DNA of 64,000 bases from Trypanosoma brucei. Taxonomy: Eukaryota. The DNA lies in assembly GCA_000002445.1 (NCBI GenBank), contig CP000066.1, positions 800,001-864,000 of the forward strand, in the 5' to 3' direction. The notes under the pieces are model-generated. The model saw only the letters and a program-made list of their open reading frames with translations, made no database searches and was not told the DNA's origin. The position numbers and the translations under genes are program-made. Position 1 is the stretch's first letter, and every line of letters starts with the position of its first letter. Below, one piece after another: positions 51,801 through 62,436 of this stretch.

Positions 51801-52457
51801 TTACTTCTTCTCGTTCTCCTTCGCCTCCTTGCGAGCGGCACGGCGGTTGCGGGCCCTGAAGAAGCGAACAGCGCTGTGGTTCTTCTTGAGGAATTTGTAC
51901 ATTTTCTTGGTGGATTCCTCCTCCGTTACCTTGCGTGGGGCCTCCCGTGCGGGGGTAACCAAACCTCCAACAGCAGCTGTGCCATACCGAGAGCGGTCCT
52001 GAGTTGCAGCTTTCACCTCCTCTTCAGTTGCATCTCCCTTCTGTGGCTTCTTGCGGTTCAGGGGGAACAGCACCAACTTGCTCATATATGTCTTCAGGCG
52101 TTGCACGTTAATATTCATACCCTCCTCGCTTTTATTCTTTCGGCGACGGTCAACACGAATGCCAATCGTCCTCGCATAGCGGGGTTTCACACCAGCAGCC
52201 TTCAGCTCCTCCAACGAGAAGCCACGTCCCAAGCGCCTCTTCATGTTGTAGCGAACTGTAGGGCAATTCACCTGCGGGCGAAGTGCCTTAAGCGGACGCG
52301 GGAAGATCTTCTTCGCCTTCAACAAACGCAAGCGGCGACGGCGCTGCTTCTGCGCAGGCTGATTGAAGAACACCTTAACGTTACCCTTCTGCGAGGAGCA
52401 GGGGTTCCAGTGCTTCCTCTGGTGCACATGGGGAATCGCGTTGTTTCCCTTCGGCAT
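51801..52457 (-). CDS. RPL13: 60S ribosomal protein L13 (eL13), copy 2
   Basis: Protein identical to copy 1. ATG at 52455-52457. Confidence 0.9.
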   Translation of the reverse strand: MPKGNNAIPHVHQRKHWNPCSSQKGNVKVFFNQPAQKQRRRRLRLLKAKKIFPRPLKALRPQVNCPTVRYNMKRRLGRGFSLEELKAAGVKPRYARTIGIRVDRRRKNKSEEGMNINVQRLKTYMSKLVLFPLNRKKPQKGDATEEEVKAATQDRSRYGTAAVGGLVTPAREAPRKVTEEESTKKMYKFLKKNHSAVRFFRARNRRAARKEAKENEKK

Positions 52458-53024
52458 GGTGCTCCTACTACCAATCCTTGCGTAAATAATATCCAATCAA
52501 AGATCAGGTTAAACACAAAGACACGGGAAAGAAAGATAAGACAAAGCCACACAAAGAATAAAAACAGAACGCCACAACGATTTTTCTGCCTCCCATGCGA
52601 GAGTCACTTTGATCCGCCGCAACGAAAATTAGTTCTTACCTCCGCAGAACAAAGAAATAAATAAACCGTTCACTTGAGTAGTTCGTTTTCCCTCCGTTTT
52701 ATGAGAGCCATACCCAACTACAGCCCTGCGACAACGATGGCACGAATAATAAAATTGGCAATAATGATAAGAGTAATAATGACGGAAATAAACCTTGCGA
52801 TGACTAAGTAGATAGTAACAACTCAACTTAAAAGCACAGCCTGAATACGCCAGCGGTGCACAATGGTGCTTCAACAAAAAAGAAAAAGTGGAAAAGGCGA
52901 CGAGGGTGGAAGCGAACAAAGTTATGGACAAAGCTCCTCCCCGCTCCTCCCTCACCAAAAAAAAAAAGAAAAAACATGGATGACGCAGGGGTTTTTCAGT
53001 AGCAACCGCTGCCGTTGTTGGAAA

Positions 53025-53450
53025 TTACTGAATCGTTACGGATGTTGCAGCGCTGCTCGCAGGGGAGTTATTTTTCTTCAACTCCACCACAAGAACAGAA
53101 TCCCTTAGCCTCGCCTTCACGCTTTCCTCGACAATAGGCGATGGCAAATTCATACAACGCTCAAACCGACCGTAGCCACGCTCCAGAAACACGGCAAGGT
53201 GTTGCTCATCATCTTTAAGTAATGACTTGCGATTGCCGCTGATGCATAACCGATTGTCCTCAATCCCCACTTGAATGTCCTCGCGATTCATGCCGGGGAG
53301 ATCCACCAGGAGTTTATACCCTTCAGGTTTCTCCACAAGGTCCATAGCGGGCGACCATGACCCACGGGAAAAAGAGCTGAATGAACCAGCACCTGTGAGA
53401 GGCAGAACGCGGTTAAATATGCGGTCAATATCACGAAAAGGGTCCCACAT
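53025..53450 (-). CDS. Small heat-shock protein (HSP20/alpha-crystallin family)
   Basis: 141 aa with ATG at 53448-53450. Alpha-crystallin domain motifs are present (MDLVEKPEGYKLLVDLPGMNREDIQV…, C-terminal …LRDSVLVVELKK). Confidence 0.85.
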   Translation of the reverse strand: MWDPFRDIDRIFNRVLPLTGAGSFSSFSRGSWSPAMDLVEKPEGYKLLVDLPGMNREDIQVGIEDNRLCISGNRKSLLKDDEQHLAVFLERGYGRFERCMNLPSPIVEESVKARLRDSVLVVELKKNNSPASSAATSVTIQ

Positions 53451-55192
53451 GTTCTCCTTATTTCTTTCTCCTTTTTTACTTTTTTGCTTTCTTTTTCCTG
53501 CGTACGCTTCAAATGGCCTGAAATAACGTGTATTATTCTTCGTTGGGTCGATTTTTTTTTATTTTTTTCTTCTCCTTCTTTCCCTTCCTTGGCTTCCACG
53601 ATGTTCACCGTGCTGCCTCGTTTGTTTGTTGTCCTACGTTAGCGTAAACAACGTGAACAAATAAAGAAATTGAAAGAACACATGAAAGAAGTTATAAGAA
53701 CACAAATAGTGGAAATAGGGCAATGCTTCTATTGTCCATCGACTGGAAACAGTAGCGAGAAGATACAATAAATAAATAAATAAACAAGGGACACGCAAAA
53801 AAGGGAAAAGGAATGAACAACTGGGACAATTTATACGGTCGTAAAACACTGTTGGCTCTTTCCAGATACTTCCAAAATGTTTGAGCAGCCTTGTGGAGAA
53901 CTGCAGGCACATCTCACGCTGAATTCATGTTTTTGACCGTTATTACAGGTAAATGTGCTGCTGTCTCATACCGCAGTGAGGACAAGGACCAGAGGGCGCC
54001 TTTTTTTTTTTTTGCTTTTTCTTTTCTCTCTGAGTCTTAGTCCTTTCAATCCCCTACCCCATATTACCTTAATTTTTTTTATTTTATTTTTTTACATTTC
54101 ACTTATACTTGCAGCAGGGCATGGAGAGGAGCAGTGCATCCTCAACATGGAAAGGAAAAGTAACACAGGAGAGGAACATTAGCGCAGAAAACCAAGTAAG
54201 TAAAAAAATAGGGAAAAGACTAAATTAGCAAGGCAAGGAAAAACTTGTCATTACATGGCCGCTTCATAACACCGCCTGATGCCAGTAGAGGGAGAGAGAA
54301 AAAAAAAGAAACATATTACAACATTCTGGAAGCGATCCAATCAAACAATTTCGCCCCAATACACATACATACACATACACGCGCGCGCCTTACCTCCCCT
54401 TTTTATAGAAGAGTTAAACTGAGGTGTCGTAACAAAACGAAAGAGAGAGAGAAAGAGAGAGAGTGTGTGTGTGTCAGTAAATTATCATGTGTAAATGGAC
54501 AACGGCGTAAAGAATCAGAGAAGGAAAAGGGAAAAGAACAATCGGAGAAAACGGTAACAAAGAGGTAATAAACAAAAATACGCATCAAATAAGGAAGAGT
54601 AAGAGTAAGATCGAAACAGGGTGAGAACGGTGTAGAGGTGTGTGGTGACTGAATTCTATTTACATTCCATGTAACAAGTACGCAGCTTTACAACTTAAGT
54701 AACTGGTGTTATTCCGCATCAGCACAGGTATTGTCTTCCGATGTGAATTGCTTGACAAGAAAATTCAAGCACACAAATAGCCCCCACTCAAAAAATAAGG
54801 TAATGATAGTGATAGCGGTGATGACAGCGCCCATAACGATGATGATCAGTTTCATCGTAAAGATACAAAAAATCATACCACGGCGGAAAGAAAAAAAAAT
54901 AGAGAGAACAGATGGCAAAAAAAAATGACCAGTAAGTCGCTTAGGCACGTAAATAGTTGTTGTTATCAATATTTACTATTACTTGCACCCTCAGTTTACC
55001 CCTCACCCTTCAGTTTCTTCATTCTCTTCGTTCCTTTCTTGATTAGGTCAATGGAATGAAAGAATAAAAAGATGGGCGTTAAATAACCTAAAGAAATAAA
55101 TATTACCCCCACCCAACGCGTCGAACAAAAAACAAACATCCATACCACCCATAGGCATCCCGTAGGAGACTTATCTACCTTTTTCTTTCTCA

Positions 55193-57223
55193 CTACTCAC
55201 ACCATGCAGTGCGGTTATTTTCGCACAGTTGAAGGGTGAAACGGAGATGAGGGAGAAACATCACCACTGCTTCCATCATTGGTGCCACCACATATGTTAT
55301 AAATGACTTCTGTCCTTCAGGGAAGTCTTTGTCGCTCGTTTTACGATTCATGAAGGGGGAAATGGAGAGGTTGCTCCTCTCTTCTTCATCACCCTGCTTG
55401 TAGAACTCTTGTGCAATATACGAAGACCATTCCGAGTATATGTAATAGGGACGAATGCAATTTGAGAGATCGGCTGTTTTGATGCTCATAGAAAGTGCCA
55501 CAAGAACATCCTGTTTGTTCGCACTCCAGTCACTAGCCTCTACCAAGCGCGACTGGAACCTCTTCAGTATAGTTCCGTGATTTGACATATCCGTGGCTAG
55601 AACCATTTCTACCATTGTCTCGCGTACAGTGCGGAACTGCTCGTCATTCAGTGGTGCCAGAACGTTGTAAGACGGGTGCTTCAGCAACTGAAAGACGGAA
55701 GCTATGTGATGGTTTTCAAGGATTGACCTATCGTTGTAAAGTGTGCTCAAGTACGCATTCGTTCTAGTGTGAAAATTGTTATTCAAACCGGGGTGATCAA
55801 AGTCATGGACGGCTGCAGCGAGCACGGCGCCCAGCTGCTCCTCCGGCCGCAGCTGGCACCTCTCCTTCATTCCAGCGATAAAAATAATGTAGTAGTTAAC
55901 CTGCGTGACGTCTGCCGCATGCATCGAGTTGTGATAGGGATTGGGGTGATATCCCGATTGGACACCAAGTAGAAAGCGCTGCAGTGTCGCGTCGTCAAGT
56001 TGAAAGCGGGCCACTAGATCCAATTTATAAAGAATCGTGTAAGTCGTATAAAAGAGAGAGTTGCCATTTGTCATTATCTCTAGGCGGATCACATCGTAAC
56101 CCCATTTATCAATGCCACAAAGAATTTCAAGTACATCCCTCACAGCCTGCCTGGAAGAATTGTCGAGCAACGGTTGCAGCTCAGGAAGGTCCAAGACGTC
56201 CATCGCGCTCTCAGCAGGAGCACCGGGAGGGAGTGGAAAGGCTGCGCGAATGCACGCCAAAACGACCGTGTCAACGTCAGTTTCAACCGGGTAATACTTC
56301 ACTGCCTGCGTCGTGTGTTCAAAGTACTGTGCGCCCCCCTTGTCGTACAGCACATCTAATGGATCCTTTGAGGGTGGGGCAGCACACAGCAGGCGCAAAC
56401 GCTTTCTCAAATCATTGACACAGAAGGCAAGTTCCATTGTTTTCTGCGCCGCCACGGAAGATTCTTCCCGTAGCGGCTTCAAATCAGCAAGCAACCTCTC
56501 CACCTTCTTTTTGCTCTCTTGTAGCATCGCAGAACGCACGACACGCTCACACTCCAGAGATTCCAGAGAGAGACGTGGACAAATCATCTCGCTCCGGCGT
56601 CGGCGTATTTGAGTCATTCGAGTCATGGGCTCCACAATATATTCTACAACACGTACTCTGTAGTCTTCGTCACCGGGAAGTGAGACAAGGGGAAGCTTGC
56701 AAATGTATTTGTACATTAGGTCCGACTCTTTTATATTGGTAACGGTAAAATTCACATTTTTACCACCACCCGGAGCGGGAGTCACCGTTGCCTTTTGTCT
56801 TTGAACATCCGATGCAAGGGACTTGAAGAACGATCCCCATGAAAACGTGATGCCGGCGTCATCTTTCGAGTCTGCGAGCTCCTTGTCTGTGAAGGAGTGG
56901 GCGAATATTGCCCTCGTGTCGTGCTCAAGGTATGACACTGTGAAGTCGATGTGGTCTGTTGTGCAGTACAAAAGCAAAATACCAGCGGACGGCATATGTG
57001 CCACCGGTCGATCGTCCATAACAACTGCCCCTTGACTTATAATGTACTTCTCCTTTCCAAGCATGCGGGGCGGGTCCGACTGCTCCAAAGGGACCCTCAC
57101 CACCGCCTTCAGCTCCTTCAAATCGCTACTAGTGGACAATATATAATTTTCGCCTCTAACAGTTGTCGGAGACACACTACTCCCTTTAGAGTATGGAAAG
57201 AGCGTTGCGATTCCACAGCCCAT
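55193..57223 (-). CDS. Class I 3',5'-cyclic-nucleotide phosphodiesterase (catalytic domain C-terminal), possibly PDED-like
   Basis: PDE catalytic signatures YHNPYHNSMHAADVTQ, AAAVHDFDHPGLNNNF, LENHH and VLATDMSNH. ATG at 57221-57223. The N-terminus begins MGCG. Confidence 0.88.
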   Translation of the reverse strand: MGCGIATLFPYSKGSSVSPTTVRGENYILSTSSDLKELKAVVRVPLEQSDPPRMLGKEKYIISQGAVVMDDRPVAHMPSAGILLLYCTTDHIDFTVSYLEHDTRAIFAHSFTDKELADSKDDAGITFSWGSFFKSLASDVQRQKATVTPAPGGGKNVNFTVTNIKESDLMYKYICKLPLVSLPGDEDYRVRVVEYIVEPMTRMTQIRRRRSEMICPRLSLESLECERVVRSAMLQESKKKVERLLADLKPLREESSVAAQKTMELAFCVNDLRKRLRLLCAAPPSKDPLDVLYDKGGAQYFEHTTQAVKYYPVETDVDTVVLACIRAAFPLPPGAPAESAMDVLDLPELQPLLDNSSRQAVRDVLEILCGIDKWGYDVIRLEIMTNGNSLFYTTYTILYKLDLVARFQLDDATLQRFLLGVQSGYHPNPYHNSMHAADVTQVNYYIIFIAGMKERCQLRPEEQLGAVLAAAVHDFDHPGLNNNFHTRTNAYLSTLYNDRSILENHHIASVFQLLKHPSYNVLAPLNDEQFRTVRETMVEMVLATDMSNHGTILKRFQSRLVEASDWSANKQDVLVALSMSIKTADLSNCIRPYYIYSEWSSYIAQEFYKQGDEEERSNLSISPFMNRKTSDKDFPEGQKSFITYVVAPMMEAVVMFLPHLRFTLQLCENNRTAWCE

Positions 57224-58696
57224 AAATAGAGGTCCTTGGTGCGCCCCTATTTCCCCTTCTCACTTATTGAAATTAGAAGCTCCTTTCTGCCCCCCACCCT
57301 TTTCCTCCCTGTCGGTGACGAGGGGACGCCTTTTTTTGTTGGCGGTACAAAGAAGGCTGCACACGTCCCTCCTCCTCCTTCCCTGACCTGGCCACCCTGC
57401 GCACGGTAGCAGTGCGAAGTATTACCGGAGTATGCTAAAAGAACAAACGAAATGGTAAAAGGGGTAATAAAATAATGCAGCACAGAAAGAGAAAGAGAGA
57501 GAAAAGCGCTGAGCAAACAAAACCCAGCAAGTCGATATTACTGTAGGTGGTGCTGGTTATGGTCCCATACACACACACACCATGGCTACAACGCCACAAA
57601 CCCCACTCAGAACCGCAGGCAATAAACGGCAATATACAAATACATTACTATTATTTTCGTTTATAATCTCCTCGTTTTTCAGCGGGGTGGACGTTACGTT
57701 AAGCCACGATGTCTCCGGTTGAGGCATCACACCGAGAAGCTGCAAGGATGCCGGTAAGGCAGTCCCAATCGCCCACCGCTGTCCCCTACAAAGACACGTA
57801 GATGCATACGTTGCACCTCATACAATAAAAGCACAAACCTCACAACGGTGTTCAAGCACGATCGCCTGGCAATCCCAAGCGAGAGCCTTCCAAAGACGCC
57901 GGACTTGCAGGGGCGCTAGAAACAAATCCCCAGCATTGTCTCTAAACACTCGCATAATAGACGAGTAAATACGAGTCGAATGAGGCCACGATGAGAAAAG
58001 AAAAAAGGAAAGAAAAAGAAAGCGCACAATCGCACCCACCCACCTGCCCTCCCCCCTGCTCAAGCATAACCCGCCCCACCAGAAATCATATTAGCCCACA
58101 ACATAAAAAGTGGGGAAATTAAGCTAAGGGTACTGTCAGCACCCCACCTTTCCGGAGCCTACGACCCTTCCATCACGTTGCGTCATCAAATGACGACCTA
58201 TATGCCGTTAAAATTCCAGACTAAAAGCTGGAGTCCCTCCTTTAATGCCCGTTCCTATTTCTTCGTCTTTTTCTTTTTCTTTGCCCTGTCTTACCTCCTT
58301 TACATTGGCCGCTTATAATTCTAGTAGAAAACAGTTAGTTCAACGGACTGAATAGCACAGATTAATAGCGTCGCTCAATAGTACGACTAACCCTTTACGG
58401 CGAATGCGCCAACCCTATCTTCCTATGTAACACTACAGCTGTTCAAAGTATCTTTCCTTCAACCTGACGGCCGGGGGGTGAGAAGGGTAAGCTTTTTTTT
58501 TTGTTCTTTTTGTTACCATGATAAACACCTGCACATAGCACATCTGAACATTAAACAGCAGGTGCAGTGTAAGAACGGGAAAAATCGGGACACTTCGTGA
58601 CTAACGGTAGGTTGATGAGTGATTGCAACAAAAAAACCGCGGGTGTCGAATGGAAAAAATAGAGAAGGACTCAGAATACTAATCCACAGCAATTTA

Positions 58697-60253
58697 CTAG
58701 CGGCAGGCAGAACCAGTTGGTGGTGACTCAGCGCCACAGCAGCTTCCAGCCCCCTCGGGGTTACAAACACGATTGTAGATGCGCTCGAACACGGAAAAAT
58801 CACAGAGTGAGTGGGAGCTATGACCAGAAAGCTTTAGCTGCCTCTCTCTCTCTGACCTTGCACACCCTTGCGAGGCAAGTGGCCAACCTGCCCTCCTAAC
58901 ATGACGGCGAGGGGGAAAAGGGCTTCCCTCATCCAGTGAATTAAACCCCGAAGTTTGTGATTCGGATGCCCGCCCGAGAAACAGGGATGTCTCACACCTC
59001 TGCAACGACCCGTCATGTTGTGGACGCCAACGAGACCCCCGCGACTGCATCGTACGCATCCGACCGCCCCGGGGGGCATCTTTATCGCTGAAAACTTTTG
59101 GCACATGAGAAGTACCTGAGCCAGCCAGCGGTCGCCCTGGCTTGAAAGTGCAGTCCTTTAGCTGATTTTCCTCTTGTAACACTCGCAACTCGTTTAATTT
59201 CGCCTCCCTCTGATCCTTCCATTTCTGGCACCGTGCAACAACACTCCTTGAATCGCTCACACGCGTCCGTTGTCGAAAACGCTCCCTCGAGTATGCGTCA
59301 CGCCGCCCAAATCGTCCCAAGTTTCCTTCATGATACATGGTTTGCGACCACGGCGAATACTCGGTTAGATCTCTATTCAAATATAATGAGTGCTCGTTAA
59401 AATGGGGCGCACTACGGCACCGCCGCGGACCCAAACCGATCGGGTCGGGATCGACGTGCTGACACGCCAGAGCCAAAGATCTGTCGGAGCCGTGCGATAA
59501 CGGCGCACGCAATCCCCAGACAGAGCCCTCGGTCCGTGGTGCTCTTCCGGCAAAACTATGCCCCTGTCGCTCTCTATTCAAGACCGCTGCCCCTTCACCT
59601 ACAAACACAGCACTCGCTCCTGCTTTTGTCTGTACATTTTCCCCTCTCAAAGACAGTTGAGCACACATATTGTACATCGCAACGTCTTCAAGCCGCGCAT
59701 CAGCTGTGGCGATTCCAGCTAGGTGGTGACTACCACATTTTCCCACATGTCCCTCCCCCACATTACACCTCAACCACGCTGGGGTGCACTTACCGTTACC
59801 GCCGACGCTCCCACGGTTTGACAGCAAAACTTGACCACCGCCCCGCTGGTCCATTGGCATACCCAACAATTCTCCCTGCTTTGACTGCAGTGGGAGCCTC
59901 TGAACACCGCCATCACGTGCCAACGCAGATGTAAGTCTTTCCGTGGGATTCCGGAGGTCCCGTCCAGCAGCGGCGTCGGATGTAGCTAAGCCACTGGCGT
60001 TGTGCGACCCCTCTCCCTCTGCAGCCCCCGCATGAGCATCGGCGCCTAATTTGCTGCAGCCGACCCCTCGAGGGTCCCGCTGACACCAACTATCCCACTC
60101 ATCGGCAACCCCACCGTAAGTCACTCGATCATTTAGCTCGCTCCGCATGAGACATTCCGGCAACGGGGCTTCGAGAGCGCTTAACACACGTTTTTCGAAT
60201 GACCGTAGTGCCGACGACGCCTTCTCGCAGCCTTCGTCAAAACAATCTCCCAT
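58697..60253 (-). CDS. Hypothetical protein (no recognisable domain)
   Basis: ORF 58697..60448. I place the start at ATG 60251-60253 (MGDCFDEGCEK…), because the upstream 65 codons look like translated AT-rich UTR. Composition is codon-like, but I see no family signature. Confidence 0.4.
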   Translation of the reverse strand: MGDCFDEGCEKASSALRSFEKRVLSALEAPLPECLMRSELNDRVTYGGVADEWDSWCQRDPRGVGCSKLGADAHAGAAEGEGSHNASGLATSDAAAGRDLRNPTERLTSALARDGGVQRLPLQSKQGELLGMPMDQRGGGQVLLSNRGSVGGNGKCTPAWLRCNVGEGHVGKCGSHHLAGIATADARLEDVAMYNMCAQLSLRGENVQTKAGASAVFVGEGAAVLNRERQGHSFAGRAPRTEGSVWGLRAPLSHGSDRSLALACQHVDPDPIGLGPRRCRSAPHFNEHSLYLNRDLTEYSPWSQTMYHEGNLGRFGRRDAYSRERFRQRTRVSDSRSVVARCQKWKDQREAKLNELRVLQEENQLKDCTFKPGRPLAGSGTSHVPKVFSDKDAPRGGRMRTMQSRGSRWRPQHDGSLQRCETSLFLGRASESQTSGFNSLDEGSPFPPRRHVRRAGWPLASQGCARSERERQLKLSGHSSHSLCDFSVFERIYNRVCNPEGAGSCCGAESPPTGSACR

Positions 60254-60666
60254 TTGAATGTTTCTTCGGCCCGGCACATACAAAGAAAAAAAATGATGGC
60301 AATAATAATGAAAAGGCGCCATGCAAGTACGCGGAAGCCCACGCGGAAAAAAGGGATAACGGAGAGTATCGAAAATGCGAAGGAGAACGTACCATGGGAA
60401 ATATAGCTTATAAATCGCGACCGAAACAAGAACTAAAGAACTGAACATATATTTACAACGGAAACCGTGCTAGAAACGCAGTGTGGGTTTCGCTTCTTTA
60501 CTTCAGAGATTTCTACCCTCCCCCCACCCTAACCCGTTGCGTATCCATCCGTTGTCCAAGGGGACCTCATGACGAAGCAAACTCCTAAGTATATCATTAT
60601 ATGGTAATCCATATATTATCCTCGATGATTGTGTGTCGCGCAATAGCGCACGTCAAGTTCTCCATA

Positions 60667-62067
60667 TTATCCCTTGGTGAACCTCTTAGGTGGCACTGGC
60701 GCTGAAGCCGACTTCTCATTTAACAATGCGACATAGTCAGCATACGTACATTCGCTGACACCACAACCAAGCACGTTCGCCATCATCTCCTGACAGCGAT
60801 TGGCGTACAGAATCGGGTCCTCTCGCTCCGACTCAGTTGGAACGTAGATGGGCAGGGGCCGCACTTCAACACGGTTGACAAACTGAGAGCACAACCGAAG
60901 GATTAAAACACCAAAACTGTTACCCCCACAACAGCGACCGTTCCAGCAGGGATTGAAATGCTTGTACGGAAATCCCACGCAAATCATCTGAATGGGCTCA
61001 CCTGGCTCCATCGCGCCCTTTCGGAACATGAACAACGTCCTCTGATTTGTCGTTGTGCCCTCAGGAAATACAAGCAACTGAGGCACTAGGGGGTCCCTAT
61101 CCTTCGCGCGCTTTGCGATGGCCTCGGCGGCACGACGGCGGGACTCAGCGGCACTCCTGTCCACCAGAATGGAGTCTGACAATCTCACAATCGATTCGAA
61201 AAGAGGCAGTTTGGTCTCCTTGCGGGTAATGAACGATGGGAACTGCGCGAGAGCGAACAAGAGAACAACTTCGAATACACATGAGTGGTTAGAAATCAAT
61301 ATTTTGCACTCACTTCTGTCGGCAATACGCCCGAACACCCTGAAGTTGTAGAAGCCTATTCCCACAGAAGCAACGCAGAAGGTGATGTAGGCGAGGAGGG
61401 TGAAAAATGAAAACCACAAGGGGTTGTCATTGCGATTCCTCCCCCTCCGTCCTGCCATGCTCATTACAACCAGCGTCATGAAGGAGAAGAGAACGAATAT
61501 GAAAAGTCGCACTGCGAGTAAGCCTGTCACCGCGAAAAATGTTGTCTTCATCACCTCATAAAGACACCAAGGCGTGTCGTAGCTCAGCGCAACGTCCCGA
61601 CCAACACGTGGTGGCTTTTCTGTGAGGTACGAGTCTCCAAGACGCAACATCCGCGGACGAACATAAAGGAGGTCACGAACGTTCTCCGTAAAGTAAAGAA
61701 ATGTTAAGAGCAGTAGTAAAAACAGGAAATACCTCCACAGCATGTCTGGCCAGGTAAGGCACGAAAATGCGATCATCAGCTCCTGAATCCCAGGAATCAG
61801 GCCAAAAAGGCCTGGGAGAGCTCCCCCAACGCCGTGGCCTGCGCCCCAATTGCGAACGCTTCTGTCGGTGTCCATCCTAGAGTTTCTCGTAGACCTTCGA
61901 GGAACACCAACAGACACCTCCCCCATGGATCCTGCGTGTTGAAACGACTCACCCGGTGGGTGATCGTTGGCTCGGACTTCCAATGGCACCCGTGCGAATA
62001 TGCAGCCGAAGAGAAGCTTCATAAAAACAATAGCAGCTAACAGATGAAAAAGTTTACCGGCGTCCAT
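60667..62067 (-). CDS. Lysophospholipid/glycerolipid acyltransferase (LPLAT family), multi-pass membrane protein
   Basis: Acyltransferase motif I NHSCVFE (H-x4-E variant of H-x4-D) and motif III FPEGTTTN. Several hydrophobic helices lie in the N-terminal half. First ATG at 62065-62067 (the track start is TTG). Confidence 0.65.
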   Translation of the reverse strand: MDAGKLFHLLAAIVFMKLLFGCIFARVPLEVRANDHPPGESFQHAGSMGEVSVGVPRRSTRNSRMDTDRSVRNWGAGHGVGGALPGLFGLIPGIQELMIAFSCLTWPDMLWRYFLFLLLLLTFLYFTENVRDLLYVRPRMLRLGDSYLTEKPPRVGRDVALSYDTPWCLYEVMKTTFFAVTGLLAVRLFIFVLFSFMTLVVMSMAGRRGRNRNDNPLWFSFFTLLAYITFCVASVGIGFYNFRVFGRIADRSECKILISNHSCVFEVVLLFALAQFPSFITRKETKLPLFESIVRLSDSILVDRSAAESRRRAAEAIAKRAKDRDPLVPQLLVFPEGTTTNQRTLFMFRKGAMEPGEPIQMICVGFPYKHFNPCWNGRCCGGNSFGVLILRLCSQFVNRVEVRPLPIYVPTESEREDPILYANRCQEMMANVLGCGVSECTYADYVALLNEKSASAPVPPKRFTKG

Positions 62068-62436
62068 TCTGCTCAGGTGAAAAATTGCTGGAAGTGCCAA
62101 CAGCAAGCGATCCTACAAAAAAAGAAAAACAAAAAAAAAGAGTAAAGAAGCAGGTACGACCCACTGAGGAAAACACCAGCATCTCCAGCGACACATGTAC
62201 ACTGATGGAAAAAGATTTAAAAAAAAAAAGAAACAACCAGTGAACTCACAAATGCATAGCTTTTAGATACCCCTTCGCTTAGCGAAGCACGCATCTGCAT
62301 TAAAGCAAGCATTTTCATTTTTTTTCTCTGTACCCACTCCTGAGTTACGATGCTTTGCTACGCCGTCACAGTAGAGTCACGCGTGAGAGTTGTATTGATG
62401 TGTGGCACCATGTTTGATGTGAAGCTACCTCTCGAC

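Larger units (their letters stand above)
50884..52500. repeat. Tandem duplication (approx. 903-nt period) carrying the two RPL13 genes
   Basis: The coding regions are identical in protein. Sequence immediately 5' of each ATG and further 3' of each stop diverges. Confidence 0.85.

Noticed and set aside
50973-52664. Plus-strand ORFs (196 aa and 262 aa) antisense to the two RPL13 copies
   Set aside because: They are mirror ORFs within a highly conserved ribosomal protein CDS, duplicated only because the host sequence is duplicated.
53451-55192. Possible snoRNA or tRNA genes in intergenic gaps
   Set aside because: I scanned for tRNA B-box (GGTTCGAnnCC) and obvious C/D box arrangements by eye and found nothing convincing. 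This cannot be excluded without a covariance-model search.
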